From Mobula hypostoma (Eukaryota): DNA of 64,000 bases. The notes below the pieces were generated by a model that was not told where the DNA came from, did no database searches, and saw only the letters and a list, made by a program, of their open reading frames with translations. Made by a program: the position numbers and the translations under genes. The stretch covers positions 5,642,001 to 5,706,000 of the forward strand of contig NC_086098.1 of NCBI RefSeq assembly GCF_963921235.1, read 5' to 3'. Below are positions 50,307-62,930 of this stretch, one piece after another; the first letter of the stretch is position 1, and each line of letters opens with the position of its first letter.

Positions 50307-50800
50307 TGTAGCCCCTGGTAAGCCTCAGGCTCACTCAACTCACTGTCGTCTAGGGAGAGCAGCCTTCAGCCCCGCCAGACTGGGTAATCAAGTTTGTGTG
50401 GATGCTGTGTGATTGTACCCTACCCCACCAAATAACAGACAATACACCAGATACGATTAAACAATTACAATTTATAGATATTATTGGAACTATATAATTA
50501 ATAGAGATAAAATATAAAAGGAAAATAAAAGGTGCTACACTTATCAAAGTTCAACCTCTTTGTGCACAAACAGTTGGAGCTCTGGTAACGATCCTCTTTT
50601 TACCATTCGATCCCCTCTGACCATCTTGACCTGCCGCCTGGGACCAACCATGGTGGTCGACCAGATGCTCCACATGAGTCTGTCTCTGTCTCCTCTCCTC
50701 GCCGAAGACCCTGGACCTCAGACTCCGGCTCGGGGTCCGACCCCGTTAACCGGCTCACAGCATCACGTCCACTCTCTCTCTCCCTGTCGCGCCTTCTGCC
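50307..50800 (-). mobile_element. Probable LTR fragment
   Basis: Begins TGTAGCCC with an LTR-like layout; the other terminus was not found. Confidence 0.4.
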
Positions 50801-52402
50801 CAAAAATATTTGCTATCTTTGCAAAGATCAGATGTAAACCAAAATTCTCAGCTGGAATTCTACGTTGGTTCAAGTGATTAAAAGCAGCAAGGTTGCTCTG
50901 GGACACACTGAAAGAAAAAAATGGAGCATAAAACATAGAGCATACAGCACAGGAACAGGCCCTTCAGCCCATAATGTTGTGCTGAACCAATTAAATTAGT
51001 AAGCAGGTAGCCAACTAAACTAATCTCTTTTGCCTACACAATGTCCATATCCCTCCACTTTCCTCACTTTTATGTGCCTAGCTAAGCATCTCTTAAAAGT
51101 CTCCAATGGTATCTACCTCTACCACCATCCCAGGCATCACATTCCAGGCACTCACCAGTCTCTGAGTAAAAAACGTACCCCTCCCATCCCCTTTGAACCT
51201 ACTCACTCTCACCCTCCGGTATCAGACATTTCTACCCTGGGAAAAAGACACTCCCTGTCTACTTTATCTCTGCCTCTCATAATCTGGTAAACGTCTATCA
51301 GATATCCCCTCAGTTCCACCACACCTTCGAACTTTTCCCCCCTCACCTTAAATGTTATGGAAATTAAGTCGGGGCAATGCCTGAGGGCAAAACAAAGACA
51401 GGAAGCATAACAATGCAGCTAAAACAGGACTCTTCTAGTATTGGATAACAATAGATTGTGCTACAAGCTGCACAGCATGTAACCCAATGCACTATATTAT
51501 CCAATATTTGGAGCACAGCAGCAATGGACAACACTTACTTAAGGATGTAGTTATCAGGCCAATTTGTTTTGATGCTCATTCATTAACTTTGACTCAACTT
51601 GACGTGACGTTAATGGAATGACATTTGCGGTTGAAAACGCCATTTGTCTTTTTTTTTCGACAATCCTTGATCATTCTACAACTCGAACAGAGATAGGTTT
51701 TCAAGAATGAATTTATCCAATAAATTGAGTGAAATTATCCAGAGAAGTGTTGCAATAAGTTTGCTGACGTGTTGACTATTTCACTGCTGGAATGCTGGGG
51801 CATTGTCAGTAATGACATTGCTAGCAGCCCGCAGACGGTGGAAGTAGCAAACAGGTTATTAAATCACCCACTGTCTGTGATTTGTTTTATATGTTGCACA
51901 TGGGGCACATTGCTTTCAGAAAGCTCGTTCGCAATCTTCGGGTCAGGGTAGTCAAATACATTTATTATATATATATGATTTTCAAATGACAAATAATCTT
52001 ATATTTATTACTTTATATCTTTAGTTTGTTACCTTGCCTTGATTATTGGCAATCTTTCAACCCCTGAAGTTAGTGCAAAGCTTTTCTCACAGCTGTAATC
52101 AATACCAGGGATTAGGAACATTTAATTCAGAAGCCCTGCTTGACGTGTTTGTGCATTCCTCTGATTAAGATGCAATGATTTAAGGATATTGCTTTTCATA
52201 TCAATCTCACCCACATACTCTGTCAGTGCCACTCTTGTCCCAAAGCGCTTTGACAGGTACTGGACATTGGGCCATGATTGCATATCCTTGCTCAACCAAG
52301 GCAATCCTTCTCCCCCATGTACCTGGCTTCACCTATCACCTTCGAGCTTGTACTCCATCCCTAGTATCCACCTTCTTATTCTGGCATCTGCCCCCTTCCT
52401 TT

Positions 52403-52440
52403 CCATTCTGTTGAAGGGTCTCGGCCTGAAACGTTGGTGG
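52403..52440 (+). ncRNA. Degenerate minimal hammerhead ribozyme (A6 to U) in a Penelope-like terminus
   Basis: ccatt CTGTTGA a gggt ctcg gcct GAAA cg TT ggtgg; helices I and II can pair. Confidence 0.55.
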
Positions 52441-52778
52441 TTTATTCTTCTCCATAGATGCTGACTGACCTGCTGGTTTCCTCCAACATTTTGTGTGTTT
52501 ATCCAGAATGGTTGATCAGATTAAAGTCAGAGTGACGAAACTTTTAAAGTAGTGTGATGTTTTTTGTTTTAATAGCCCTATAGTGCTTTCAAGAAGGGAG
52601 CTTTTGGAAAAGGCAGTTTCTATACTCTCTTTATCAGATTTCTTCTTTTTTAGCCCTTTATCTCTTCCACCTACCACTTCCCAGCTTCCACCCTCACCTG
52701 GTCTCGCGTATAACCTTCTAGCTTGTACTTCTTGCCCTCCCCCACCTTCTTATTTTGGCCTCTTCCCCCTTCCTTTCC

Positions 52779-52814
52779 AGTTCTGAAGAAAGGTCTTGGC
52801 CTGAAATGTCAGCT
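52779..52814 (+). ncRNA. Minimal type I hammerhead ribozyme motif in a Penelope-like terminus
   Basis: agtt CTGAAGA a aggt cttg gcct GAAA tg TC agct; all core nucleotides are present; predicted cleavage after C52810. Confidence 0.65.
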
Positions 52815-53059
52815 CTTTATTCCTCTCTGTTGATGCTACCTGACCTGCCAAATTACTCTAGCATTTTGAGTGTATTGCTCTGGATTTCCAGCATCTGCAG
52901 AATCTCATCATATGTTTCAATCAATACCCCTCATATTTTTGCAATAGTTTTTGGACTTTAAAATATATAAAAGATTGTGTGTTTTGGAACATGAGCTACT
53001 GGTACAGGTGCAAGATACGAATGGGTGGGATCCTGACATTGTAAGGCATTTAACATCAT

Positions 53060-53130
53060 TCATAAAAGTTGCTGATGAACGCAGCAGGCCAGGCAGCATC
53101 TATAGGCAGAGGTGCAGTCGACGTTTCAGG
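53060..53130 (-). mobile_element. Short Penelope-like terminus with the 3' half of a hammerhead
   Basis: Reverse complement reads cctgaaacgtcgactgcacctctgcctatagatgctgcc; matches 61843-61910. Confidence 0.7.
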
Positions 53131-54886
53131 TTTAACATCATTTCTCAGTTTGATGCACATGGCTCTGCACATTTACCTGCTTTACTATTTAGCTGGGTAC
53201 ATTGTCAAACATGGCAGCCAATAGCAGAACAATGAGGCAAACGTTTTGCAAGACCCAAGAGGACAAGGCAGGCCATGATGGAAATTAAATGCATGCCTCT
53301 CTGCAGAATACTTCAGTCCATTCTGCAAGGGTGACTCCAAGTTGCTAATCTGCTGTCATTTTCAATCTCTTTCTCTTTCGTACTCTTTCCTCTCTATCTT
53401 TGGCTTCCTGCATCGTTACAACAAAATAATAATAGTAATAGGATAATTATGGATAACCTAAGCAAGAAAGTTAAGAAAAAGCTAAGGAAATATAAGGTCC
53501 ATACAAGATAATCTATGTAACAAAAGCTTGGTAGAATTTATAGAAACACCAAAACAAAAGTTTGTTGCTTACTAAATGGCCAGAATAAATAGATACATGA
53601 AATATGGCAGATGAAGAAATCAGAATTATCAGTTCAAGAAACAATGAAAAAGGTTTATACAGAGCATTGCATCTAAATTCAACACACCAAAATATCATCA
53701 GCCCACACACAGAATTACCAAAAAGCACAGATATAATGAACTTTTGGTCTAATATTTGATCAAACAAGGTGACACACAATCAGGAACCAAACTGGATTTG
53801 GGATGGAAAAAATGCACACACCCTCGGAAGACATACAAAGACCTGAAGTTACAATGGATATGCTAAAAACGGTTTTTAAAAATACCACAACTGGAAAAGC
53901 ACCGGTAGAGATAATATTTGTAATTATTGTTATAAACAATTACTTGCCTCATCTGTACTGATTAATACATATCAACAATGTTCTTAAAAATCCTGAAAAG
54001 TGCCCAATTTTTTGACAGAAGGTAAAACATATCTTTTACCTAAAGGAGAAATCACAAATGATCCATCAAAATATTGTCCCATTTTTTTTTACAAACTATA
54101 TAAAAATCTTTCATGTTAATATATTCATTACCAAAATGCATTTGATTCTGTCTCACACTTACGGTTATTAGTTCTTAATATATATAAACTACACCCAATA
54201 CCTGTGAGATTACTACAACATGATGAAGCACTGGCGTACTACAATTACCCTCTCTATTAACAACCAAAAAAGAACAACCACCATTAGCAAAATAAACCAG
54301 AGTATTTTTGAGAGCAACTCTCTAAGCCCACTACAGTTTTGTCTAGCTTTAAATCTGCTCTCTAATTTACTGGATTGGTCAAAAAAGAAGATAACAAAAT
54401 GAGTTATACCTTGACACCCCTTCTATACATGGATGATTTGAAATAATATGCTCCTTCATCAGTTAAGCTAAAGCAATTAATTCAAATAGTATAAATAGTC
54501 ATAGTCATACTTTATTGATCCCGGGGAAAATTGGTTTTCATTACAGTTGCACCATAAACTTTGGATACTGTAAGTGCAGAACATTAAAAGTAAAGAAAGG
54601 TGGAATCGAGCCAGTAGAACATAAAACAGAGCAGCGGGGCACAACACAACTGATGGATGAAAAAGGAACATCTAAGTAACTGGAATATCAGCAAGCAAAG
54701 AAAATCGATCATAGTGTAATAAACAGAAAACTTTTGAATTTACTTCAAGACCTAAGAAAATCTGCGAAACAGAGCATAGCAAAGGCAATAAACACTTTTG
54801 CTATGCCCATATTTACGCATTCTTTTGGCATAATATCTTGGTCTGAAACAGATCTGGAAACAAAGAAAAATAAGAACTGAAATGAC

Positions 54887-55525
54887 TATAGCTGTACTGT
54901 GGAGAGCATTCTGACAGGCTGCATCACTGTCTGGTATGGAGGGGCTACTGCACAGGACTGAAAGAAGCTGCAGAAGGTTGTAAATCTAGTCAGCTCCATC
55001 TTGGGTACTAGCCTACAAAGTACCCAGGACATCTTTAGGGAGGGGTATCTCAGAAAGGCAGCGTCCATTATTATGGACCTCCAGCACCCAGGGCATGTCC
55101 TTTTCTCACTGTTACCATCAGGTAGGAGATACAGAAGCCTGAAGGTGCACACTCAGCGATTCAGGAACAGCTTCTTCCCCTCTGCCATCCGATTCCTAAA
55201 TGGATATTCAAGCTTTGGACACTACCTCCTTTTTTTTAAACATAGAAAAACATAGAAAATAGGTGCAGGAGTAGGCCATTCGGCCCTTCGAGCCTGCACC
55301 GCCATTCAGTATGATCATGGCTAATGTACAGTATTTCTGTTTTTGCACATTTTTAAAATCTATTCAATATATGTAATTGATTTACTTGTTTATTTATTAT
55401 TATTATTATGTTTTATTTTATTTATTATTTTTTTCTCTCTTCTATATTATGTATTGCATTGAACTGCTGCTGCTAAGTTAAGAAATTTCATGTCACATGC
55501 CGGTCAAAACAATTCTGATTCTGAT
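54887..55525 (+). mobile_element. Rex1-type 3' fragment (carrying a CR1 tail at about 55240-55325) inside the Dong/R4 element
   Basis: HPGHVLFSLLPSGRRYRSL...RNSFFPSAIR. Confidence 0.85.
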
Positions 55526-55607
55526 AATTTTAGTATACTCAAGCACACTTAAATAAAAATTACTAAGGATGGATGGAGGAAGAGAATAATAAATATGAAT
55601 AATAGAT

Positions 55608-56192
55608 AAGGCCTTGGTGAGACCTCAACTGGAGTATTGTGTGCAGATTTGGTCCCCTAATCTGAGGAAAGACATCCTTGCCATAGAGGGAGTACAAAGA
55701 AGGTTCACCAGATTGATTCCTGGGATGGCAGGACTTTCATATGATGAAAGACTGGATCGACTAGGCTTATACTCGTTGGAATTTAGAAGATTGACGGGGG
55801 GATCTTATTGAAACATATAAAATCCTAAAGGGATTGGACAGGCTAGATGCAGGAAGATTGTTCCCGATGTTGGGGAAGTCCAGAACGAGGGGTCACAGTT
55901 TGAGGATAAAGGGGAAGCCTCTTAGGACCAAGATGAGGAAAAACTTCTTCACACAGAGAGTGGTGAATCTGTGGAATTCTCTGCCGCAGGAAACAGTTGA
56001 GGCCAGTTCATTGGCTATATTTAAGAGGGAGTTAGATATGGCCCTTGTGGCTAAAGGGATCAGGGGGTATGGAGAGAAGGCAGGTACAGGGTTCTGAGTT
56101 GGATGATCAGACATGATCACACTGAATGGCGGTGCAGGCTCAAAGGGCCAAATGGCCTACTCCTACTATTTTCTATGTTTCTATGTTTCTAT
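55608..56192 (+). mobile_element. CR1 3' fragment
   Basis: RPQLEYCVQIWSP; (tttctatg)n tail. Confidence 0.9.
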
Positions 56193-56950
56193 GACCTGAT
56201 TAAGATTTTTATTGTTATCCTGTGAGGTACCTTAGCAGTTTCTGTAAAAACAGTGTGTTCTGTGGGTAAGAGAGTTTTGGTTTTGGCTAAAGATAGTCCA
56301 ACTTAGGAATGTTGCCTCAGCCAATCAGGATTGTGAGATGGATGAGTAGGTTTGGGGCGGGGTGGGGGGTAAGATTTCTGAAGGACAGTATTCTGGTTTT
56401 GGGTTTTCTGGTGGGAGGGGTGGGAGAAAAGCCCCAGAAAAGATACCTGGAGGATCCCATCTGAAGAGGAGATGCTATTGCAAAGTGTGCTTTGTGACAT
56501 GGAGGGAAGTTCTGTCTGTGGTTGGTGATGAAAATTCAGCGCTATGAGTAAAGCAATACACCCAGCTACTACAGAAATGAGCTGCAACGTTTATGTGCAC
56601 CTTAGACGGGTTTAATTGTAATGGGCCCTTTATTTATCCTTTTTATCTTTCTCTGCTAACTTTGTTAAAGTTAATTGTTAAATATACTCTCTTTATAACT
56701 TTATGCTGGTGTACGGTCTGTCATTCCTGAGCCAGATTTCTGAGCCAGAACTGTGTTTGCACGGCATCCACTTAAATGAAGTTCTTTTGATCGGATCCTG
56801 TTTGGTTGAACCCCGAATCATACCGACCCCAGACGTATATTGCTTACGAAAGGTGTCCTTCTCACCGCTGAGTCGTGTGGCTGCTAGCAGGGTTGGCTGA
56901 TGAGCTAAGATGGTGTGTGAGCCCCAGTGAGAGTGTTACAGAGGGTTACA
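56193..56950 (+). mobile_element. Probable LTR remnant inside the Dong/R4 element
   Basis: Abrupt compositional change; contains a CCAAT box; ends ...gggttaca, after which the R4 sequence resumes. Confidence 0.45.
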
Positions 56951-58669
56951 GAATTTACACAGCAGTAAACTTCTGAGGATATGTTTCTGTCAATGAGAAC
57001 AGGATTCAGCACTCCAAGCAAGCATATGTAATTCTGATAAGATGTATACACCACCAACCTTAAATGAAAGCACAACCCAGACGAATGAAGAAATGATCAC
57101 CATTGAAGAACAAGTTAACCAATGGAAAGGCATGACCCTTTATGGAAGACATCCCCATGATCTGAGCAGACTAGATGTCGACAAGGAAGTGTCAAGCGTC
57201 TGGCTCAGTTGGAGATCTCTTCCCGGAAATGATACAGGACCAGGTGGTTAACACAAAAAGTTATCAAAAATACATAATAAAAGACCAACAAAGTCAAGAT
57301 GATAAATACAGAAAATGCCAAAGTAAAACAGAAACAATCCAACACACTCCAGGATCTTGCAGCAGTTTAACTCAATCTGATTATATACATAGGCACTCTC
57401 AAGGGGTAAATGCAATTTACCAAAATCTTGCTTCAAAATACAATCTCATAAAATACACCATACCTTGCTGTACGAACAAGCCTGATCCAGTTTTGGAGCC
57501 AGAGTCCCACAGGTTATATTATGACTGATCCATTATTACAAGTAGGACAATTCATAATAACCATCCGGATATACAGGATAATCAAGCAAGAACAACTTAA
57601 TAGATGCAGCCATTATAAACACACGTAACATACAGAAATCAGGAAGTGAAAAACACCAGAATTAAAAGAGGAAATTGAAAGACCACTGAACCTGAACAGG
57701 GTGTACAGTACATTGTTCCAATTGCTGTATCTATAACTGGCATCATCTCAATGTCACTACACAATAGCATTAAACAATTAAAGCTACACGGCATTATTTA
57801 TACAAATTTCCAGAAAGCCACCAAACTAAACACCACTAGATTAGTCTGAAAGTTCGTAGCAATTGAGAAGTGAGTGTGCTTAGCAAAGCCGATAACTCAG
57901 GTTTTCCCAGCTTCAGCTGAGGAAAGCTATAAATAGAGGAATACAGCAGAGTTTGGACCATGAAGTTGTGCCATCTCTTTAACCTACTCCAAGATCAACT
58001 GAACCCTTCCTTCTACAAAGTCTTCCATTTTTCTTTCAACCATGTGCCTACTTCTTAAATGCCCCTGATAAGTTTGCCTCTACCACCACCCGTGGAAGGG
58101 TGTTCCACACACCCACCACTCTGTGAAAAAATCTACCTCTGACATTCTCTTCTATTAAGGGTTCTAAACATTTTTTATGCCATGGTCCAATACCAAAGGT
58201 GTCTGTGGGCCTCACGTTTGGACCTCCTGCCTTATACTTTCCTCAAATCCCCTTAAAGTTGTGTCCTCTCAAATTAGCCATTTCCACCGTGGGAGAAAGA
58301 CGCTGGCAGTCCACTCAATCGTCCTTATCATCTTGTCCTCTTATCATCTTGTACACCTCTTTTAAACCACTTCTCATCCTCCTTCAACCCAAAGAGAAAA
58401 ACCCTAGCTCACTCAAACTTTCTTCTGATTGAGTCAAGAAAAAGAGGATGACAGGAAAGCAAAGCCTTCATTTTTACTTCTGTAATTTTATTTACAATGC
58501 TCAATCCCTTTAAAATGTTTTTTTTTAATCAGAAGGAGATGTTCTCGTACCAGAAATGTCACCCAACAGCAAATGGGTATTTCTTCACCAGAAGGATTAA
58601 AATGGTTCAATAAGGTGGCACATACAGTCTCAAAAATAGCATTAACACATATCCCTGAGTGCCAGCTTA

Positions 58670-58850
58670 CCATGCCCACAACTTCCTAACCCTAACCTGT
58701 ACATCATTTTGGGATATGGAGGGAAACCAGAGCACCTGGAGAAAGCTCACGTGGATATGGGGAGAAAGTGCAAGCTCCTTACAACAGCATAAGGAATTGA
58801 ACCCTGAACTTCCGACGGCTGATGCTAACCGATAAGCTACTGTGCCATCC
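58670..58850 (-). mobile_element. V-SINE (HE1-like) fragment
   Basis: Reverse complement has gagcttgcactttctcccc...tgctctggtttccctccca, resembling the V-domain. Confidence 0.6.
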
Positions 58851-60537
58851 ATGAACCATGAGGATGCAGACTGAGAGATCCAGTGGTCTTTATCTTAAAA
58901 TATGTTTATTGTTCGGCAAATAATACTAGCTTTATTGGCAGAAGATACACCCCAGTTTCACTTCTGGGTTTGGTCACAATTTTTCGAGCACCTTATCTTT
59001 TGAGCTAATCTCACTTATTGTGTCAAAGATATCATCACATACTAATGTGATTGATCCTCAGTTACCGAAATCTCATTAGAACATTATGTTCTTGACAATA
59101 TCGATTATTCATGCATACACAGAATTATGATGTAGTGGCCATTACAGAGACTTGGCTGGCACCAGGGCAGGAATGGATTCTCAATATTCCTGGATTTCAG
59201 TCCTTTAAAAGGGATAGAGAGGGTGGAAAAAGGGGAGGAGGGGTGGCATTACTGGTCAGGGATACTATTACAGCTACAGAAAGGGTGGGTAATGTAGCAG
59301 GATCCTCTTTTGAGTCAGTATGGATGGAAGTCAGGAACAGGAAGGGAGCAGTTACTCTGTTGGGGGTATTCTATAGGCCCCCTGGTAGCAGCAGAGATAC
59401 CGAAGAGCAGATTGGGAGGCAGATTTTGGAAAGGTGCAAAAATAACAGGGTTGTTATCATGGGTGACTTTAACTTCCCTAATATTGATTAGCACCTGGTT
59501 AGTTCCAATGGTTTAGATGGGGCAGAGTTTGCTAAATGTGTCCAGGATGGATTCCTGTCACAGTATGTTGACAGACCGACTAGGGGAAATGCCATACTAG
59601 ATCTAGTACTAGGTAACGAACCGGGTCAGGTCACAGATCTCTCAGTGGGTGAGCATCTGGGGGACAGTGACCATTGCTCCCTGGCCTTTAGCATTATCAT
59701 GGAAAAGGATAGAATCAGAGAGGACAGGAAAAATTTTAATTGGGGAAGGGCAAATTATGAGGCCATAAGGCTAGAACTTGCGGGTGTGAATTGGTATGAT
59801 GTTTTTGCAGGGAAATGTACTAGGGACATGTGGTCGATGTTTAGGGATCTCTTGCAGGATGTTAGGGATAAATTTATCCCGGTGAGGAAGATGACGAGTG
59901 GTAGGGTGAAGGAACCATGGGTGACAAGTGAGGTGGAAAATCTAGTCAGGTGGAAGAAGGCCGCATTAATGAGGTTTAGGAAGCAAGGATCAGATGGGTC
60001 TATTGAGGAATATAAGGTAACAAGAAAGGAGCTTAAGAAGGGGTTGAGGAGAGCAAGAAGGGGGCATGAGAAGGCCTTGGCGAGTAGAGTAAAGGAAAAA
60101 CCCAAGGCATTCTTCAATTATGTGAAAAACAAAAGGATGACAGGAGTGTAGGAAGGACCAATTAGAGATAAAGGTGGGAAGATGTGCCTGGAGGCTGTGG
60201 AAGTGAGCGAGGTCCTCAATGAATACTGCTCTTCAGTATTCACCAATGAGAGGGAACTTGATGATGGTGAGGACAATATGAGTGAGGTTGATGTTCTGGA
60301 GCATGTTGATATTAAGGGAGAGGAGGTGTTGGAATTGTTAAAATACATTAGGACAGATAAATCCCCGGGGCCTGACAGAATATTCCCCAGGCTGCTCCAT
60401 GTGGTGAGGGAAGAGATTGCTGAGCCTCTGGCTAGGATCTTTATGTCCTCGTTGTCCACGGGAATGTTACCGGAGGATTGGAGGGAGGCGAATGTTGTCC
60501 CCTTGTTCAAAAAAGGTAATAGGGATAGTCCGGGTAA

Positions 60538-61033
60538 ACATAGAAAACATAGAAAACATAGAAAATTCGACCCTTCGAGCCTGCACTGCCATTCAGTATG
60601 ATCATGGCTGATCATCCAACTCAGAACCCTGTACCAGCCTTCCCTCCATACCCCCTGATTCCTTTCGTCACAAGGGCCATATCTAACTCCCACTTAAATA
60701 TAGCCAATGAACTGGCCTCAACTGTTTCCTGTGGCAGAGAATTCCACAGATTCACCACTCTCTGTGTGAAGAAGTTTTTCCTAACCTCGGTCCTAAAAGG
60801 CTTCCCCTTTAGCCTCAAACTGTGTCCCCTCGTTTTGGACTTCCCCAACATCGGGAACAATCTTCCTGCATCTAACCTGTCCAATCCCTTTAGGATTTTA
60901 TACGTTTCAATAAGATCCCCCCTCAATCTTCTAAATTCCAATGAGTATAAGCGTAGTCAATCCAGTATTTCATCGTATGAAAGTCCTGCCATCCCAGGCA
61001 TCAATCTGGTGAACCTTCTTTGTACTCCCTCCT
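60538..61033 (-). mobile_element. CR1 3' fragment inserted antisense into CR1
   Basis: 5-bp TSD ggtaa (60533-60537, 61034-61038); same subfamily as 55608-56192. Confidence 0.9.
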
Positions 61034-61832
61034 GGTAATTATACACCAGTGAGCCTTACGTCTGTGGTGGCAAAGCTGTTGGAAAAGATTCTTAGAGATA
61101 GGATCTAAGGGCATTTAGAGAATCATGGTCTGATCAGGGACAGTCAGCATGGCTTTGTGAAGGGCAGATCATGTCTAACAAGCTTGATAGAGCTCTTTGA
61201 GGAGGTGACCATGCACATAGATGACAGTAGTGCAGTGGATGTGATCTATATGGATTTTAGTAAGGCATTTGACAAGGTAGGCTTATTCAGTAAGTCAGAT
61301 GGCATGGGATCCAGGGAAGTTTGGCCAGGTGGATTCAGAATTGGCTTGTCTGCAGAAGGCAGAGGGTGGTGGTGGAGGGAGTACATTCAGATTGGAGGAT
61401 TGTGACTAGTGGTGTCCCACAAGGATTGGTTCTGGGACCTCTACTTTGCGTGATTTTTATTAACGACCTGGATGTGAGGATAGAAGGGTGGGTTGGCAAG
61501 TTTGCAGATGACACAAAGGTTGGTGGGGTTGTAGATAGTGTAGAGGATTGTCAAAGATTGCAGGGAGACGTTGATAGGATGCAGAAGTGGGCTGAGAAGT
61601 GGCAGATGGAGTTCAACCCGGAGAAGTGTGAGGTGGTACACCTTGGAAGGACAAGCTCCAAGTCAGAGTACAAAGTAAATGGCAAGATACTTGGTAGTGT
61701 GGAGGAGCAGAGGGACCTCGGGGTACATGTCCACAGATCCCTGAAAGTTGCCTCACAGATAGATGGGGTAGTTAAGAAAGCTTATGGGATGTTAGCTTTC
61801 ATAAGTCGAGGGACAGAGTTTAAGAGTCACGA

Positions 61833-61912
61833 GGGTCTCGGCCTGAAACGTCGACTGTACCTCTTCCTATAGATGCTGCTTGGCCTGCTGCGTTCACCAG
61901 CAACTTTGATGT
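61833..61912 (+). mobile_element. Short Penelope-like terminus inside the CR1
   Basis: gggtctcggcctgaaacgtcgactg...gatgctgcttggcctgctgcgttcaccagc. Confidence 0.75.
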
Positions 61913-62544
61913 ATGCAGCTCTATAAAACTCTGGTTAGGTCACACTTGGAGTACTGTGTACAGTTCTGGTCACCTCACTATAGGAAGGATGTGGAAGCAT
62001 TGGAAAGGGAACAGAGGAGATTTACCAGGATGTTGTCTGGTTTAGAGAGTATGCATTATGATCAGAGATTAAGGGAACTAAGGCTTATTCTTTGGCGAAA
62101 AGGAGGATGAGAGGAGACGTGATAGAGGTATACAAGATAATAAGAGGAATAGATAGAGTGGATAGCCAGCGCCTCTTCCCAGGGCACCACTGCTCAATAC
62201 ACGAGGACATGGCTTTAAGGTAAAGGATGGGATATTAAGGTTCAGGGGGATATTAGAGGAAGGTTTTTTACTCAGAGAGTGGTTGGTGCATGGAATGCAC
62301 TGCCTGAGTCAGTGGTGGAGGCAGATACACTAGTGAAATTTATGAGACTACTAGACGGGTGTATGGAGGAATTTAAGGTGGGGGTTAAATGGGAGGCAGG
62401 GTTTGAGGGTCGGCACAACATTGTGGACTGAAGGACTTGTGCTGTGCTGTACTATTCTATTTTCTATGTTTACAGAAGATTAACATAATAATTTATAATC
62501 TACACCCAGAACACTTCCAAATACCATAGCAGTTCTTTGTACAA

Positions 62545-62930
62545 TGAATGATGTGCTACTTGGGTGGTGGGTGGAGATAGGTCCCTACCAGAGGAGGTGT
62601 AAGGCACTCCTTCCCTCAGCTAGCCTGCAGGACATCCTTGGGACAGGTGTAATACCTGCTTAGCCTCCCGATCTGGGTCATGTGAAGCTATGGGAGCAGG
62701 TGGTGGATGGTCGTATGAGCAGCTGGTGCATATCACAAGTCCTGGTTATGTGACCACTGACACCAGGCAGATAATCTCCAAAGAGTGTTGATAATGGCTG
62801 AGTTAATCCATCTCGTAAAAACACTACTCAGAAGAAGTCAATGGCAAACTACTTCTGTAGAAACAGTTGCCAAGAAGAATCATGGTCATGGAATGACTAT
62901 ATTCGCCCACATCATATGACACAGCACGTA
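62545..62930 (+). mobile_element. Unclassified SINE/RTE-like repeat; inverted homologue at 40745-40860
   Basis: ggaggtgtaaggc.ctccttccctc...gcctgcaggaca.ccttggg is shared between the two. Confidence 0.45.

Larger units (their letters stand above)
53440..57930 (+). mobile_element. Dong/R4-clade non-LTR retrotransposon (RT, CCHC knuckle, restriction-like endonuclease), decayed and interrupted
   Basis: LTEGKTYLLPK...DPSKYCPI, SLSPLQFCLALN, LLYMDDLK, QDQVVNT...RKCQSKTETIQH...C...Y..RH, and HNNHPDI...DAAI...EKHQ. Confidence 0.85.
59110..62470 (+). mobile_element. Near full-length CR1 ORF2 copy with two nested insertions
   Basis: YDVVAITETWL, GGGVAL, MGDFN, GDSDH, PGPD, GVPQG and KFADD; ttctatgt tail. 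Confidence 0.93.

Noticed and set aside
4183..50800. Minus-strand bias of LTR elements as evidence for a plus-strand host intron
   Set aside because: Too few elements, and there are counter-examples at 18640 and 56193
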